From a virus (lineage: Duplodnaviria > Caudoviricetes), in IMG/VR virus record IMGVR_UViG_3300033066_001295, positions 96,001 through 160,000 of that record: a stretch of 64,000 nt of DNA; one strand, given 5' to 3'. The position numbers and the translations under genes were made by a program. The notes under the pieces were generated by a model. That model was not told where the DNA came from. It made no database searches and saw only the letters and a list, made by a program, of their open reading frames with translations. Below are positions 44,445 to 54,785 of this stretch, piece by piece; the stretch's first letter is position 1; every line of letters starts with the position of its first letter.

Positions 44445-45164
44445 ATGTTGATACCATCTGAAGAGGCCATAAACTTGTTCAAAAAGACACCCGGAGCAAT
44501 GTCTGTTTGTGAGATGATTGCAATCCACAATATAACGGCTCAGGCACTCGATGATGGGGTTTTCTGCTCAATGGGTTCACACGCTGGCAAGGACACCATT
44601 GCTGCCGTTTCTGGGATGACGAGGAATGGAAAATACTACCTGATTGACCCCTGCTATGATCTCTCGAACGCCAGAGCGTGGTCTCAAGCAGTCCAGAAAG
44701 AGGCAAAACAGATGCCATGGTCCTATGTCAACGACCCAAACTTCAATGAATTGGTGAAAGGGCGGGTTAAAGAAATCAACCACCTGATTGAACCGGTTCT
44801 GGTTGGTGAAGCCTCGCTTGATGCCCTGCCTTTGATAGTGGCTGAGGATGGATTCAAGGGATTCAGCTATGTCTTCTCTGACTCTGATGACCACAACTAT
44901 GGGCTAATGAAGTCAGAAGATGACTTCTTGGAACCTTATATGTTGAAAGGTGGAATCATCTGCTTTCATGACTATGGCAACTACTCAGCACCAGTTCAAA
45001 TACATAAGGAACTGGTTGAAAGCGGCCTTTATGAGAATGTCACCATACCTTGGAATGAGATACAGCTATATGTGTCTGATAACAACCTTGAAGAAGGCAA
45101 TGATAGCTGGCATTGCTGCCAAGTTAAGCTTCCTTGCTTCTTAGCTGCCGTTAGAAAGCTCTAG
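44445..45164 (+). CDS. class I SAM-dependent methyltransferase (Methyltransf_24-like)
   Basis: SMGSHAGK, VFSDSDDHNY, KGGIICFHDY. Confidence 0.75.
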   Translation: MLIPSEEAINLFKKTPGAMSVCEMIAIHNITAQALDDGVFCSMGSHAGKDTIAAVSGMTRNGKYYLIDPCYDLSNARAWSQAVQKEAKQMPWSYVNDPNFNELVKGRVKEINHLIEPVLVGEASLDALPLIVAEDGFKGFSYVFSDSDDHNYGLMKSEDDFLEPYMLKGGIICFHDYGNYSAPVQIHKELVESGLYENVTIPWNEIQLYVSDNNLEEGNDSWHCCQVKLPCFLAAVRKL

Positions 45165-45767
45165 CAGCACTTGGTTGAGTAGCTCAACACGACGCTCATT
45201 GCTTCTACCGGGCAGGTGAAGAATGAAGTCGCCTTTTCTCCAATGTCCGGGGGTATCCTCACCCATCCCATACTCGGTGTACAGGTAGGAGTTGAATCGG
45301 GCTTGTGGGGCAACATAAACCATCGTCCTGACAACTTCGGAAGAGGCTATCAAGTCTCTCAGGGCGTCTTGGGCGCAATGGACACCAGTTCTGCCAAAAT
45401 CCTGCCACACAGTTGACAGGATCATCCTAGCTTCAGGTGAGTTGCGAACGAACAAGATGCCATCATTGATGCCATTCTGGTCTGCTGACAGCATCAGGTG
45501 ACATTTGGGATGTATCAGGTCCTCCAGCTTCACTTCGAGGTCAGTAACAAGAACATCTGTATCCATATGGACAACCCAGTCATGTTTTTCCATGTTCTCA
45601 AGAAGGCACAAAACCCTGTCCCATATGATGCTTCGTTTTACTGGCTGGTTTGACATGGCTGACAGATGATAGCCATGTTTCGAGCAGTATTCCGACAAGA
45701 CAGGGACAGTGATGTCAGCTATGGGCTTGAAGGCTGAATTATATTGTGTGTAAACTCCGATGTTCAT
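45141..45767 (-). CDS. GT34-like glycosyltransferase
   Basis: YCSKHGY, DWVVHMDTD, INDGILFVRN, QDAL, WRKGDFILHLPG. Confidence 0.8.
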   Translation of the reverse strand: MNIGVYTQYNSAFKPIADITVPVLSEYCSKHGYHLSAMSNQPVKRSIIWDRVLCLLENMEKHDWVVHMDTDVLVTDLEVKLEDLIHPKCHLMLSADQNGINDGILFVRNSPEARMILSTVWQDFGRTGVHCAQDALRDLIASSEVVRTMVYVAPQARFNSYLYTEYGMGEDTPGHWRKGDFILHLPGRSNERRVELLNQVLLELSNGS

Positions 45768-45802
45768 GCTTGTAAAATAAAGAGTACGTTCTAACTTGAA
45801 CA

Positions 45803-46408
45803 ATGCACAGCCACGTCCTTAAAGCCAGCCCGCTCCCATATGTCAAAAGTGCCCTGTCTCCATACATCAGGGAGGACAACACTTTTCTTGAGTTTGACAG
45901 TGTAGCTAACTTCTGCCGTGGTCTTGGCATTGACATTGGATGTGGCACAAACCGCTTCAGTGACACTGTCATGACGGTGGATTCCCACCCGCACATTGAT
46001 GCTGACATGGTCTGGGATTGCCTGAAGGCACCATACCCGTTTCGTGACAGTTCTTTTGACTTCGTCTTTGCCTCCCATGTTATCGAAGACTTCGCCCCGG
46101 ATCAAATTCAGGGTGTTTTTGATGAATGGCTTCGTATCATCAAACCGGGAGGGTACATGGCTCTTCTGGTGCCTGACATTGCCCGCCATCGCTATCCCGG
46201 CATCGAGGAGAAGTGGAGTGAGGCTGATGAACTGGTTCAGAAAGGCGAACGCAACATAGGTGACTTGAAGGGCAACTGCTCTCACCGTATCTGCATGGGG
46301 CTTGACGTATTGCATGACTTGATCAAAGACAGGAAGGTGGAAGTGGTTCAAGAAGACACTCTGCCTCAAGATCAGATGACACTTGATTTTGTCATCAGGA
46401 AACTTTGA
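45803..46408 (+). CDS. class I SAM-dependent methyltransferase (Methyltransf_11-like)
   Basis: GIDIGCG, PFRDSSFDFVFASHVIED, EWLRIIKPGG. Confidence 0.85.
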   Translation: MHSHVLKASPLPYVKSALSPYIREDNTFLEFDSVANFCRGLGIDIGCGTNRFSDTVMTVDSHPHIDADMVWDCLKAPYPFRDSSFDFVFASHVIEDFAPDQIQGVFDEWLRIIKPGGYMALLVPDIARHRYPGIEEKWSEADELVQKGERNIGDLKGNCSHRICMGLDVLHDLIKDRKVEVVQEDTLPQDQMTLDFVIRKL

Positions 46409-47018
46409 TCCATACCTCAAAGTCATCACGTGTAAAAACGTGCTTGATTGGCAACTGGGCGGATGCAGCTTCAATCCCGGCCCTTACCGCTGACTGGTCA
46501 ACATCGTGGAAGATGACAAGACCACCAGCCTTCACTTTGGGGACATAGAGCAGACAGTCCTCAACAACCGCCTCACAGGTGTGGGCAGCATCAACATACA
46601 GCCACTCTATTGGTCCGCTGATGGATGCTGCCATGGTGTCACTTGACCCGATAAGAGGCTCTATGACCTCGTCCAAACCGTGCCTGCTCCTGTTGTCTAA
46701 AAACTCGGGCAAAGTGGATGTCTTGCTATCACAGAATGGCTCGAATGTGTCAACACATCTAAGCTTTGCTGGCCAAGGGCTGTGCTTCATACCCAAGCCA
46801 GCCAGAACTGCTGACAGTCCGCGACAAGTTCCAAGCTCAACAGCATCTCCACGAGTGTGGTAACCAAGCCAGTAGAAAAACTCTTTCTGAGGCTCGCTGC
46901 TCATGTACCCATACACAGGGTAAGAAGCCACCGGAACCCAGCCTATGTCAGAAGTTGGAACCCCTTGGTTGGTCCTTCTCTCCTTGCCTATAAGCTCATC
47001 ATGGGAGAAAAAGTTCAT
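46395..47018 (-). CDS. class I SAM-dependent methyltransferase (Methyltransf_24-like)
   Basis: VELGTCRGLSA, CVDTF, LYVDAAHT, GGLVIFHD. Confidence 0.85.
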   Translation of the reverse strand: MNFFSHDELIGKERRTNQGVPTSDIGWVPVASYPVYGYMSSEPQKEFFYWLGYHTRGDAVELGTCRGLSAVLAGLGMKHSPWPAKLRCVDTFEPFCDSKTSTLPEFLDNRSRHGLDEVIEPLIGSSDTMAASISGPIEWLYVDAAHTCEAVVEDCLLYVPKVKAGGLVIFHDVDQSAVRAGIEAASAQLPIKHVFTRDDFEVWIKVS

Positions 47019-47830
47019 AGTGGTTTGGCAGATACGTCACAAGGATAATGTACTCCACCACAACTGCTGATGTAGGCTGAAACCCACTCAAAGTCCATGG
47101 TGTTAAGCTTGCCCAGAACACCTTTGGTGTACCTATCCCAGCAAAATATAGCTAGGTTGCTCAGGTCCCTTGGAGGGTATATGACACTTGAGTCTGAGAT
47201 GATGCCAAGACAATGTTCAAGCCAAGGACACTTCCTCTTCTTGTGTCCGTACTTGTCCCACATGTAGTCAGAGTTGCGAATGCACTTTTCAAGCTCAGTA
47301 ATATCAAGACTTTCTTTTCGGCACAAAAAGAATCTTGTGCTCACCCACCAGTGATCAAAGGACGTATCAACAACTGGAGTTGGTGAGCAGTCGGACGGGT
47401 ATGACACATACTTGTAGCCATCAAGCAAGCCAATCAGTCCATCAACAACACCTTTGTCCCTAGCAAAGGCGGCACAATCAGAATCAAAATGAGCCACGTA
47501 TTCACCTCTGGCAAGGGAGAGAGCGTTCAAGTAGTTGATGTCGTTGAACATGGTGAAAGGGTCAGCACCCATGAAGTGGCGGCTGTGTTTCCTTATGACA
47601 AGACAGTCAACAAGACGATCAAGCTCAGTCCTGATGCTTGGTGGAATCTCCTGATGCACATCGACATGGAGGATGGTCTCGGTCTCGAAACCTGCAAAGA
47701 ACTTCTGTTTGTTTACAACACCTTCAATGAGGAAATCAAAGTTCCTACACCCATCGTTCATCCCAGTGAACCTAGTCACCTCAGATTCCACTCCGGGGCG
47801 TGTGTCAGTATTGATGACAATGCTTATCAT
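47015..47830 (-). CDS. GT-A fold glycosyltransferase (GT2-like)
   Basis: MISIVI N-terminus; LARGEYVAHFDSD (DxD motif). Confidence 0.65.
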   Translation of the reverse strand: MISIVINTDTRPGVESEVTRFTGMNDGCRNFDFLIEGVVNKQKFFAGFETETILHVDVHQEIPPSIRTELDRLVDCLVIRKHSRHFMGADPFTMFNDINYLNALSLARGEYVAHFDSDCAAFARDKGVVDGLIGLLDGYKYVSYPSDCSPTPVVDTSFDHWWVSTRFFLCRKESLDITELEKCIRNSDYMWDKYGHKKRKCPWLEHCLGIISDSSVIYPPRDLSNLAIFCWDRYTKGVLGKLNTMDFEWVSAYISSCGGVHYPCDVSAKPL

Positions 47831-48558
47831 AGACCCAGTGTACTCAACACAGTGGAAAGAAGCCCGTCAGTTTTGCTGCCACCATTAAAGTGGAAAGCTG
47901 CTGGGAATGAGCCTGTAACCTTGTTCTGGACATATTCTCCTGATGTGAAATCAAACTCGTCCATTTTGCACCCACACATGGTTTGAGCCATGTGACACTC
48001 ATGATCCAGAATCATCTTAACTGGCTGGTCAAGATAGGCCAGCGTTATGTACCCTTGGTCATTAGGGTGGACAACCCTGCCCTCTGAGTCAACATGGTCA
48101 TCACAGTTGAAGCCTTCCGGCACGTTCACTTTATACATGTGCTCAAGCATGGTGACAAAGGCGTCACGATGACCGACAATAAAGCCTGAGTTAAGGTACC
48201 TGAATTCGGTGCCACATTCAGGAAACTTGTCTGCCAGATGGCCCAAAGGGAAACAGTTCTTCTCAGCATTAAGCACAAGGTCTGCACCAGTTGCTAAAAA
48301 AGTGTCATAGATATAGTCTGGGCTTTTGGCGAAGACTAGGTCCCATGAATCGGCCACAATCAACTTTTCAGGAGCATTGCCATCTTTCAGCCACTCCAAC
48401 AATCGCTGTGGCTTTGTCATAAGCCCGCCCCACCTTTGCTGCCAACCAAGTATGGTTGCCTCATGCCCAAACCTCTTCAGGCTGGCAAAGAACTGGTCAA
48501 AGCAGTAATAAGGTTCCCTTGGTCTTCTGTTTGTAATAGTGACAACAGACACACTCAT
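47827..48558 (-). CDS. PLOD-type glycosyltransferase domain protein
   Basis: VADSWDL, NAEKNCFP, YLNSGFIVG, NDQ, HFNGGSK. Confidence 0.8.
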   Translation of the reverse strand: MSVSVVTITNRRPREPYYCFDQFFASLKRFGHEATILGWQQRWGGLMTKPQRLLEWLKDGNAPEKLIVADSWDLVFAKSPDYIYDTFLATGADLVLNAEKNCFPLGHLADKFPECGTEFRYLNSGFIVGHRDAFVTMLEHMYKVNVPEGFNCDDHVDSEGRVVHPNDQGYITLAYLDQPVKMILDHECHMAQTMCGCKMDEFDFTSGEYVQNKVTGSFPAAFHFNGGSKTDGLLSTVLSTLGL

Positions 48559-49577
48559 GAAATAGCCTCCTCAATTTTTGGAATAAGATACTCTCTGGCA
48601 TACCGTGCTCCACGATACCTGTCAATAGTCTCAAGACCTCTGATGTAGATGTCATACAGATCATCCCTCTTCAAAGCCTCATTCATAGCAGGAACCTCCT
48701 CGTCACCTTTCAAGCCACGGATTATGTCAAAGTCTGTCTGGTCCTTCTCAACCACGATGCTATTAACACCATGAATCCAAGGGAATGACCATGCCAGAGC
48801 ATCTGATTGTTTCACCATCACAGCGTTTACAGGGGCCTCAGCGTGCCTGAAACACTTGATACCCGCACCGGGCAGAGACAAGGAAAGTTTACTTCTGCCC
48901 TGACAGAGCAGCACTTTCTTAATGTCAATGCGGGTGAAGAAAGGTGAGTATATGGCAGCCCACACATGACTTTTACTGTTAGGGTCTGTGTGCTTGAAAT
49001 GAGGGTCAAACTGGTCCCATGCTGAAATCAGATCATACCCAAGGTGTGATGACTGCTTGAATATCTCACCATGAACACGTCTGCGACCCTCGTGACTATG
49101 ACCCCAGCTATAAAATACCTCAAGAGGTCTCCCATTAAAAGCCTCTCTGCTGTCTGCTGGTATGGGTCCTATGTAACAACCATAGTCGATAGGTTGCAAA
49201 GTTGGAGATACATCCTTGGCTAAAAGTTCTCTTTTGAAGACCAAAGCAGGTGGGCAGTCAGCCACCCACTTGTCAAACTTGCGCCACTCGTCAATTTTGA
49301 TACCCCAGTCCTTAAAGGTGCCGAAGTTATCAAGGGTATTCGTGCCCCATATGTGAGTGTCCTTACGATCCCACTCATTGGCACCGTACTCAACGAAGTC
49401 AACAATCACAATGGGCTTTCGTATCTTGTACAACTCCTCATTGAATTGAAAATGCCCAAACCTTGATATTGGCACAATGACAACATCGTCACCTTTTGGA
49501 AGATAGCTGAGTATGTTGGAGTTTATAGCACCCTCAACAGTGCCACCCTTGTCAGGGCTTACAATGGTGAAATTCAT
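48555..49577 (-). CDS. putative GT-B glycosyltransferase
   Basis: VFKREL, SKLSLSLPGAGIKCFRHAEA; lies within the GT cluster. Confidence 0.6.
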   Translation of the reverse strand: MNFTIVSPDKGGTVEGAINSNILSYLPKGDDVVIVPISRFGHFQFNEELYKIRKPIVIVDFVEYGANEWDRKDTHIWGTNTLDNFGTFKDWGIKIDEWRKFDKWVADCPPALVFKRELLAKDVSPTLQPIDYGCYIGPIPADSREAFNGRPLEVFYSWGHSHEGRRRVHGEIFKQSSHLGYDLISAWDQFDPHFKHTDPNSKSHVWAAIYSPFFTRIDIKKVLLCQGRSKLSLSLPGAGIKCFRHAEAPVNAVMVKQSDALAWSFPWIHGVNSIVVEKDQTDFDIIRGLKGDEEVPAMNEALKRDDLYDIYIRGLETIDRYRGARYAREYLIPKIEEAIS

Positions 49578-49858
49578 TTAGACCTTTCGCACTTATTACA
49601 AAAAGGTTCAATCACTTTTTTGCAAGTTTCTTCCTGATTACAGGCTTCTTGATTGGCAAACCAATTGTGGCCTTATTAGCCTTGACTGCTTTTACAAGCA
49701 GCTTATGTATGTTATCAGCCATGACTTCTCAAATATCTAAGTTGGTAGTGAAAGCTCTCAAAAAATGTGACACCGACGATGATATAGACCGGTATGTCAG
49801 CAAGACAGGGCTGTCAAGAAGAGCCAGAAGTCAGATGATGAAAAAGATCGCCAAAAAG

Positions 49859-51028
49859 TCAGACTTCAAAGAGGCTAGTGAAAGTGCCCCTGTCACTGCT
49901 CTCCCCCTTGATAAGACGCGAGTGGTCCGCTGATATTTCAGCACCACCAGCTTCGTCATCTTTCGGCAACCTTTTTGTTATAGCTGCGAGATGATGTGGT
50001 GATGAGCCTTTGTAGCTCCTCACACGGCTAACCCCTGATTGGCTTGGAAGCTGGACATCAATAGGCTTGCCGCCAAAATGCTTGATCTTCTGATATATGA
50101 TGCTGCACCAAATGTTCCAGAGTACCTCACTTGTAGTACCTTTGGCTTCAAGATCGGCCAAGTAGTCTGCATATCCACGGAGCACCTCATAGCTCTTTTT
50201 GGTCAACTCACCATACAGGAACTTCAGCAACTCCTTCTTGTCGTCCTTCAAGACTTTGGATAGCATGGCATACTCATGAGAGGTGATAACACCCTGACCA
50301 CTGGTCGGCACACTAACCTGAGAAGCATTCTGGAAACCTCCAGACGGGTTCATGATGCCCGTAGGCTTGTTGACACCCAGAACATTCAAGTTCACAGAGT
50401 CAATGCACCCAACCTTGCCTATCAAAAGCTGAACGGCAAAGCCAGCCTTCGGAACTCCGAGACCGGGCACCATTATCATCTTCCGGTAAACCAGAAAGCC
50501 TGTGTCACCGTTCTTTGAGTCGAGGTCAACAGCACGCATCAGCCCGGAATAAAGCTGGTTCCTGTTGTGCCAGATAATGTCAATCTGCTTCCTTCTACCG
50601 GCCCACCAACTAACACCTGCATTCAACTCACTTGGGGCAACAGGATCACCATTGAGCGGAGGAAACTCACTCTTCCCCTGTTTAGGGAAGCCATCACTAG
50701 CAACAAGAGCTTCCCAGAAAGGAGGGAACAGGGCATTGAAACGAGGCCACTCGGTCTGCTGTGAGCAAATGACAAAAATGAGCAGTTTGGCCATGTTCTC
50801 AGGTGATGACTGGGCATAGCTGCCTATCTCAGGCTGGTCCTTCTTAAACATCGGGTACTTCATGATGTCGAAGTCAGCCCTCACTGTGGCTACAGCGGGC
50901 TTTGGCTCGAACTCAGTGTCACCAAAAAGGTCATCACCTTCTGTTAGAGCCTCAAGAAGAGGTTTCCAGTTTTCCCTGCTGATGTCAAACTCAGCAATAA
51001 ATTTTTCGATCAAGCTGAATTGTGTCAT
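49859..51028 (-). CDS. HhH DNA glycosylase-like protein
   Basis: VPGLGVPKAGFAVQLLIGKVGCIDSVNL helix-hairpin-helix followed by Asp. Confidence 0.55.
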   Translation of the reverse strand: MTQFSLIEKFIAEFDISRENWKPLLEALTEGDDLFGDTEFEPKPAVATVRADFDIMKYPMFKKDQPEIGSYAQSSPENMAKLLIFVICSQQTEWPRFNALFPPFWEALVASDGFPKQGKSEFPPLNGDPVAPSELNAGVSWWAGRRKQIDIIWHNRNQLYSGLMRAVDLDSKNGDTGFLVYRKMIMVPGLGVPKAGFAVQLLIGKVGCIDSVNLNVLGVNKPTGIMNPSGGFQNASQVSVPTSGQGVITSHEYAMLSKVLKDDKKELLKFLYGELTKKSYEVLRGYADYLADLEAKGTTSEVLWNIWCSIIYQKIKHFGGKPIDVQLPSQSGVSRVRSYKGSSPHHLAAITKRLPKDDEAGGAEISADHSRLIKGESSDRGTFTSLFEV

Positions 51029-51054
51029 GGCTTTGAGAATAGATACTCGCTATC

Positions 51055-51690
51055 TCATTCGCCATACTTGCCAATAGGCCTGATGTTAAACCACTGGGTC
51101 ACCAAATCGAGATTCTCCTTCTGAGTCTGAGTGAGCTTGCCAAGCTCCTTGGCACTCGGCACAGCCTTCATCTTCCTGATGAGCGCAATACTGTCTGACA
51201 GGTCTTTTGCCCTCATTGAGTTGAGCTTCATTTTGAGAAGATCAAGCCAGTGGGCAACCGGGTAATCTGTCTCTGCTGAAGCTTGGTCGTAAGTGATTGA
51301 CTTGGGGTTTTGTGTGCCACCGGGAAACTCGTGTCCCGGAGTCATGAAGTCAACATACCCACCACTTGGGGAAATCCATGATTCAACACCAACGCTCTCG
51401 TGGTCACGAGACCAGCCCTGCGGAGGTGATGGAACCTTGGTCACCCACACGTCGAGGTCAACGGTAGGACGGAACCCATCGGCACTGCCGATATGACGTA
51501 GAATGCCAACTGAGCCTACAATGGCAGGCTTCAGGCCAAGGTCACGAAGGTACTTGATCAGGAACTTTGTCTCCTCCGCTGTAGGCGGAACATGGGTGCC
51601 CTCCTCGCTCTCTACCAGCCTGTTTTTGACACGGCACTGGTTGAGGTAGGACTCGATGTTATTTTCAAAAAGCAAGGTAAATGGTTTCAT
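51055..51690 (-). CDS. Pol-beta-superfamily nucleotidyltransferase
   Basis: IVGSVG...RPTVDLDVWV...VDFM...LLKMKL..RAKDLSD. Confidence 0.75.
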   Translation of the reverse strand: MKPFTLLFENNIESYLNQCRVKNRLVESEEGTHVPPTAEETKFLIKYLRDLGLKPAIVGSVGILRHIGSADGFRPTVDLDVWVTKVPSPPQGWSRDHESVGVESWISPSGGYVDFMTPGHEFPGGTQNPKSITYDQASAETDYPVAHWLDLLKMKLNSMRAKDLSDSIALIRKMKAVPSAKELGKLTQTQKENLDLVTQWFNIRPIGKYGE

Positions 51691-52491
51691 TTCAAATAGG
51701 TAGAACTTCCTCAATTTCACTCCGGTCAAGATGGACAATATCACCATCCTTCAAGTCGGTACACCAGATAGGGTCATTGTTAAGACGACCACAAAGTTCT
51801 TTGGAACCACAAAGCTCTTCAATACTCGGACCAACGATGCTCACCCACATGTGCTCGGTAAGGTCATCCTTGTGGAAGGCAATTTTGCAGTTCCTGCCCG
51901 CAAACCACTCCAGAGGTTTTTCTTGAAATTCTGGCTTGGGCTGTAGCCTGCTTTTAGCACAGCTTGGGCAAACAAGGCCCATATTTGAAAAAGGTTCGGT
52001 CATACCTACCAATATATTGAAATTGAGGCTTTTGTCAATTCAATTCTGGGGTATCTTGAGGTCACCGATATACTTTACCCTCTTTTCACCACCGACCCGG
52101 AGTGTTTTTAACAGGTCTAGTTCTTTTCGTGATTCTGTTTTCTCAGTTCCAGTATCCCCACTGTACCTGAAGAACTTGGCAAGCTTCTCCTTCCCTTCTG
52201 GAGAGTCGGCATCAACCCAGTCGGTGTTGATCTCAGCCTTCATGCCGGAGAAGACAAAGTTTGCCACCCCGCTGTCACGGGCACACTTCAGCCACCCTTT
52301 GACCATAGTGAAATTCTCATCAGTCAGTTCAATGTTGAAGTGCTGCATCAGCCCAGTCGCATAGAGACTTTCCATCAAATCGCACTGGCCCTCAAACAGC
52401 TTGGTCTGAGCCTCTGTTGTGTGAAATTTCACTTTCATGGTTGAAAGCTAAGTGAGTTAAGGCTTCTGTCAAACCGATAGCATGGCTCAAA

Positions 52492-52581
52492 TGGTCACCT
52501 AGCTCAGATTTCCACTGAGACGAAGATTTTACCTCCGGGACGTTTTAAGTGTCCTGCGTCTGGTTGTTCCGCCACTAGGTG
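52492..52581 (-). tRNA. tRNA-Leu(TAA)
   Basis: acceptor CACCTAG/CTAGGTG-A-CCA, anticodon loop CTTAAAA, long variable arm. Confidence 0.8.
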
Positions 52582-52646
52582 TTGATGATTTATCCGGTAG
52601 GGGTCTGCGATGACCCCACCTATCTTTATCTTATACGTGTCACCTG

Positions 52647-53063
52647 TCATGTGATGTCTTTAATGAAAGGGAAGGAGAACTTGTCAAACACAACTGGCAT
52701 GTGCAGTTTGTCCTCCATTTTAGGAAGCACCTCAAGTTCTTCTGGTGTTATAGCCCTCCAGCACTGCTGCCCATGGTCCCACACTCTTTTCCAAAAATAA
52801 GAAGTTCTGCCAATGTAGCCATCTGGGAGGTTGTCCGTGTCGAATTTGGAATCCCACTCATACACGTCTTTGCTAGGGCTGAAAACATGCCATTGCCTCT
52901 CACCACCCATGCCTCCCCACTTGCCGTCACAGATTGAGTAAGGGTTAGCCATGTCAAGCTCATCTGATTCCTCCTTTGAGAGGAACTTGAACTTGAAGGT
53001 TAGGTCCGTAGGACCGTCCATAGGCTGGACGGTTACAAGGTCATGTGCGCTTAGAGTGCTCAT
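52647..53063 (-). CDS. protein with gp23-like segments
   Basis: N-terminal LSAHDLVTVQPMDGPT; C-terminal FDKFSFPFIK. Confidence 0.6.
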   Translation of the reverse strand: MSTLSAHDLVTVQPMDGPTDLTFKFKFLSKEESDELDMANPYSICDGKWGGMGGERQWHVFSPSKDVYEWDSKFDTDNLPDGYIGRTSYFWKRVWDHGQQCWRAITPEELEVLPKMEDKLHMPVVFDKFSFPFIKDIT

Positions 53064-53696
53064 CTTCCTGCTTCTTGATGTCTTTCTTGGTGGCAATACG
53101 CTCTTTGCTCCAAAACACCTTTTTGAAGTCACGAAGATGTTTCCACCATTGAGGGGGTTTGGTCAACAGTCCTTTCTTTACAGTGGCCATATGATCTTGA
53201 GACGTGGAAATTCATCTGCTGAAGGGGATGGCTTGTAATCAGCCTTCATTTGGTCTTCAGACGGGAAGTAGATCGAACAGGTAGTTGGGTCATATCCGGC
53301 GGCAGGATCTTGATGGCCACCGTGCGCCCCAGTGTCTTCTGCACACCTGATGGAACCTTATAGGTCACATGAGTGCTCATTCTTAGCTTCTTAGCAATGT
53401 CAGCCCAAGAAACCTTTTGTTCACGAAGAGAGATGATCTGATTGATATAGCGTGATGCTGGTTTTTTCATATCAGAAAACTATGACAGCATGGCTTCAAC
53501 CTGTCAAACATTTTGTTATTCCACCAAGCGGTAACTCTCCAAACTGCGAAGATTGATAAAACAGAGTCTCCAAAGAATTTGGAATACCTCATCATCTGGG
53601 GCTTCTTTGGTGATAGCAGTGGCAGCCTGAAGAACAGCCGTCTTGGCCTTCTCAAGCTCTACCTTGGCTTGGGGGGAGTTTGACATGTGCATAGAA

Positions 53697-53770
53697 TGGA
53701 GCCTCTTAACGGATTCGCACCGTTCTATCTGCGCTACGAGGGCAGAACATCGCTTCTATGTTTAAGAGGC
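53697..53770 (-). tRNA. tRNA-Thr(CGT)
   Basis: GCCTCTT/AAGAGGC-T-CCA; loop CTCGTAG. Confidence 0.75.
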
Positions 53771-54264
53771 ATTACTTTTTCTTTTTTGCATAACTGCTCG
53801 CACCGGATGGTGATAGCTGCTTGCAGTTTGCTCTGGGGCGACCGTAAGAATCCCTAGACTTGTCCGGTGTTACAAGCCTTCTACGCTCCTCTTTTGTAAG
53901 GGTAGCACCTTTTCGAGAGTAACTTACTAGCTCATGAATTGATCTCATAGTGTGTCAGGCGTAATACTCACGCCAAATAACTGGTTGTTTTTGACCGTAG
54001 ATCATAGCCATAGCCTGTCGCAAAAGATTCTCACGGTCTGTATCTGACAAGGCATTGCACTCAGCCCTGTTACAACGTGCTATCTCATTCTCTGCTAGCC
54101 TCCTCAGTCTCCTCTGGTGCTTGAACCAAGCAGCCTGAGCAGCCAAAACAGTGAAGTCGATACCTGAGTTGTGGAACCATTCCACAACTTCCTTCCACGT
54201 CATACCCTCTTCCCTGAGAGTTTGAATACGTGGTATGTGATTTGAAGCTAAGTCATATGACATA

Positions 54265-54339
54265 TGGTACGCCCGGTTGGTTCTGCCCCAACTACCAAGG
54301 AATTATGAGTTCCCTGCTCTACTATTGAGCTACAAGCGC
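54265..54339 (-). tRNA. tRNA-Ile2/Met(CAT)
   Basis: GCGCTTG/CGGGCGT-A-CCA; loop CTCATAA. Confidence 0.8.
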
Positions 54340-54343
54340 AAAT

Positions 54344-54468
54344 GCAAAAGGAGAAAATCGGAGAGAGTAATTACCGTGCTGCCGTTACACTAAAGGCTTT
54401 CACCTTTGGGAGTCGAACCCATCCGGTCGATAATCAGTCGAAGTAACTCTGTTCCTCGCTGCCTATGC
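54344..54468 (-). ncRNA. Y RNA (YrlA-like) 1
   Basis: 5' GCAGCGAGGAACAGAGTTACTTC pairs with the 3' end; internal permuted tRNA module (T arm GGGTTCGACTCCC, GAAA-capped stem, D arm GTGTAACGGCAGCAC). Confidence 0.75.
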
Positions 54469-54545
54469 TGGTCAGGTTAATGGGATTCGCACCCATGGTC
54501 TCTTCGTCCCGAACGAAGCGTGATACTAGGCTTCACTATAACCTG
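54469..54545 (-). tRNA. tRNA-Pro(CGG)
   Basis: CAGGTTA/TAACCTG-A-CCA; CTTCG-TTCGGGA-CGAAG. Confidence 0.85.
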
Positions 54546-54552
54546 TTAAATA

Positions 54553-54706
54553 TGTCAGAGAAAATTGAAGAGCGGTATTTTTCGGTGCTCTACTATTAAG
54601 CTATAGTGGAATTGAAATCTCGATCATGAGACTTCAATTCCACCAAGGGGAATTGCACACCCTACACCCGTCTTGAATGAAGTAACGCTTTTTCTCGCTG
54701 CTGACA
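54553..54706 (-). ncRNA. Y RNA (YrlA-like) 2
   Basis: 5' TGTCAGCAGCGAGAAAAAGCGTTACTTC / 3' CGCTCTTCAATTTTCTCTGACA; T-arm-like, long hairpin, D arm GCTTAATAGTAGAGC. Confidence 0.75.
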
Positions 54707-54707
54707 C

Positions 54708-54784
54708 TGGCGTTCCTGAGAGGAATTGCACCCCCATCTTTCGCGTTCGATGCGCGAAGCTCTAGTCTGTTAAGCTACAGGAAC
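54708..54784 (-). tRNA. tRNA-Arg(TCG)
   Basis: GTTCCTG/CAGGAAC-G-CCA; TCGCG-CATCGAA-CGCGA (A33). Confidence 0.75.
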
Positions 54785-54785
54785 A

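Noticed and set aside
53772-53948. Structured ncRNA between tRNA-Thr and ORF 53955
   Set aside because: It reads as an open 58-codon minus-strand ORF (MRSIHELVSYSRKG...) below the ORF-track cutoff.
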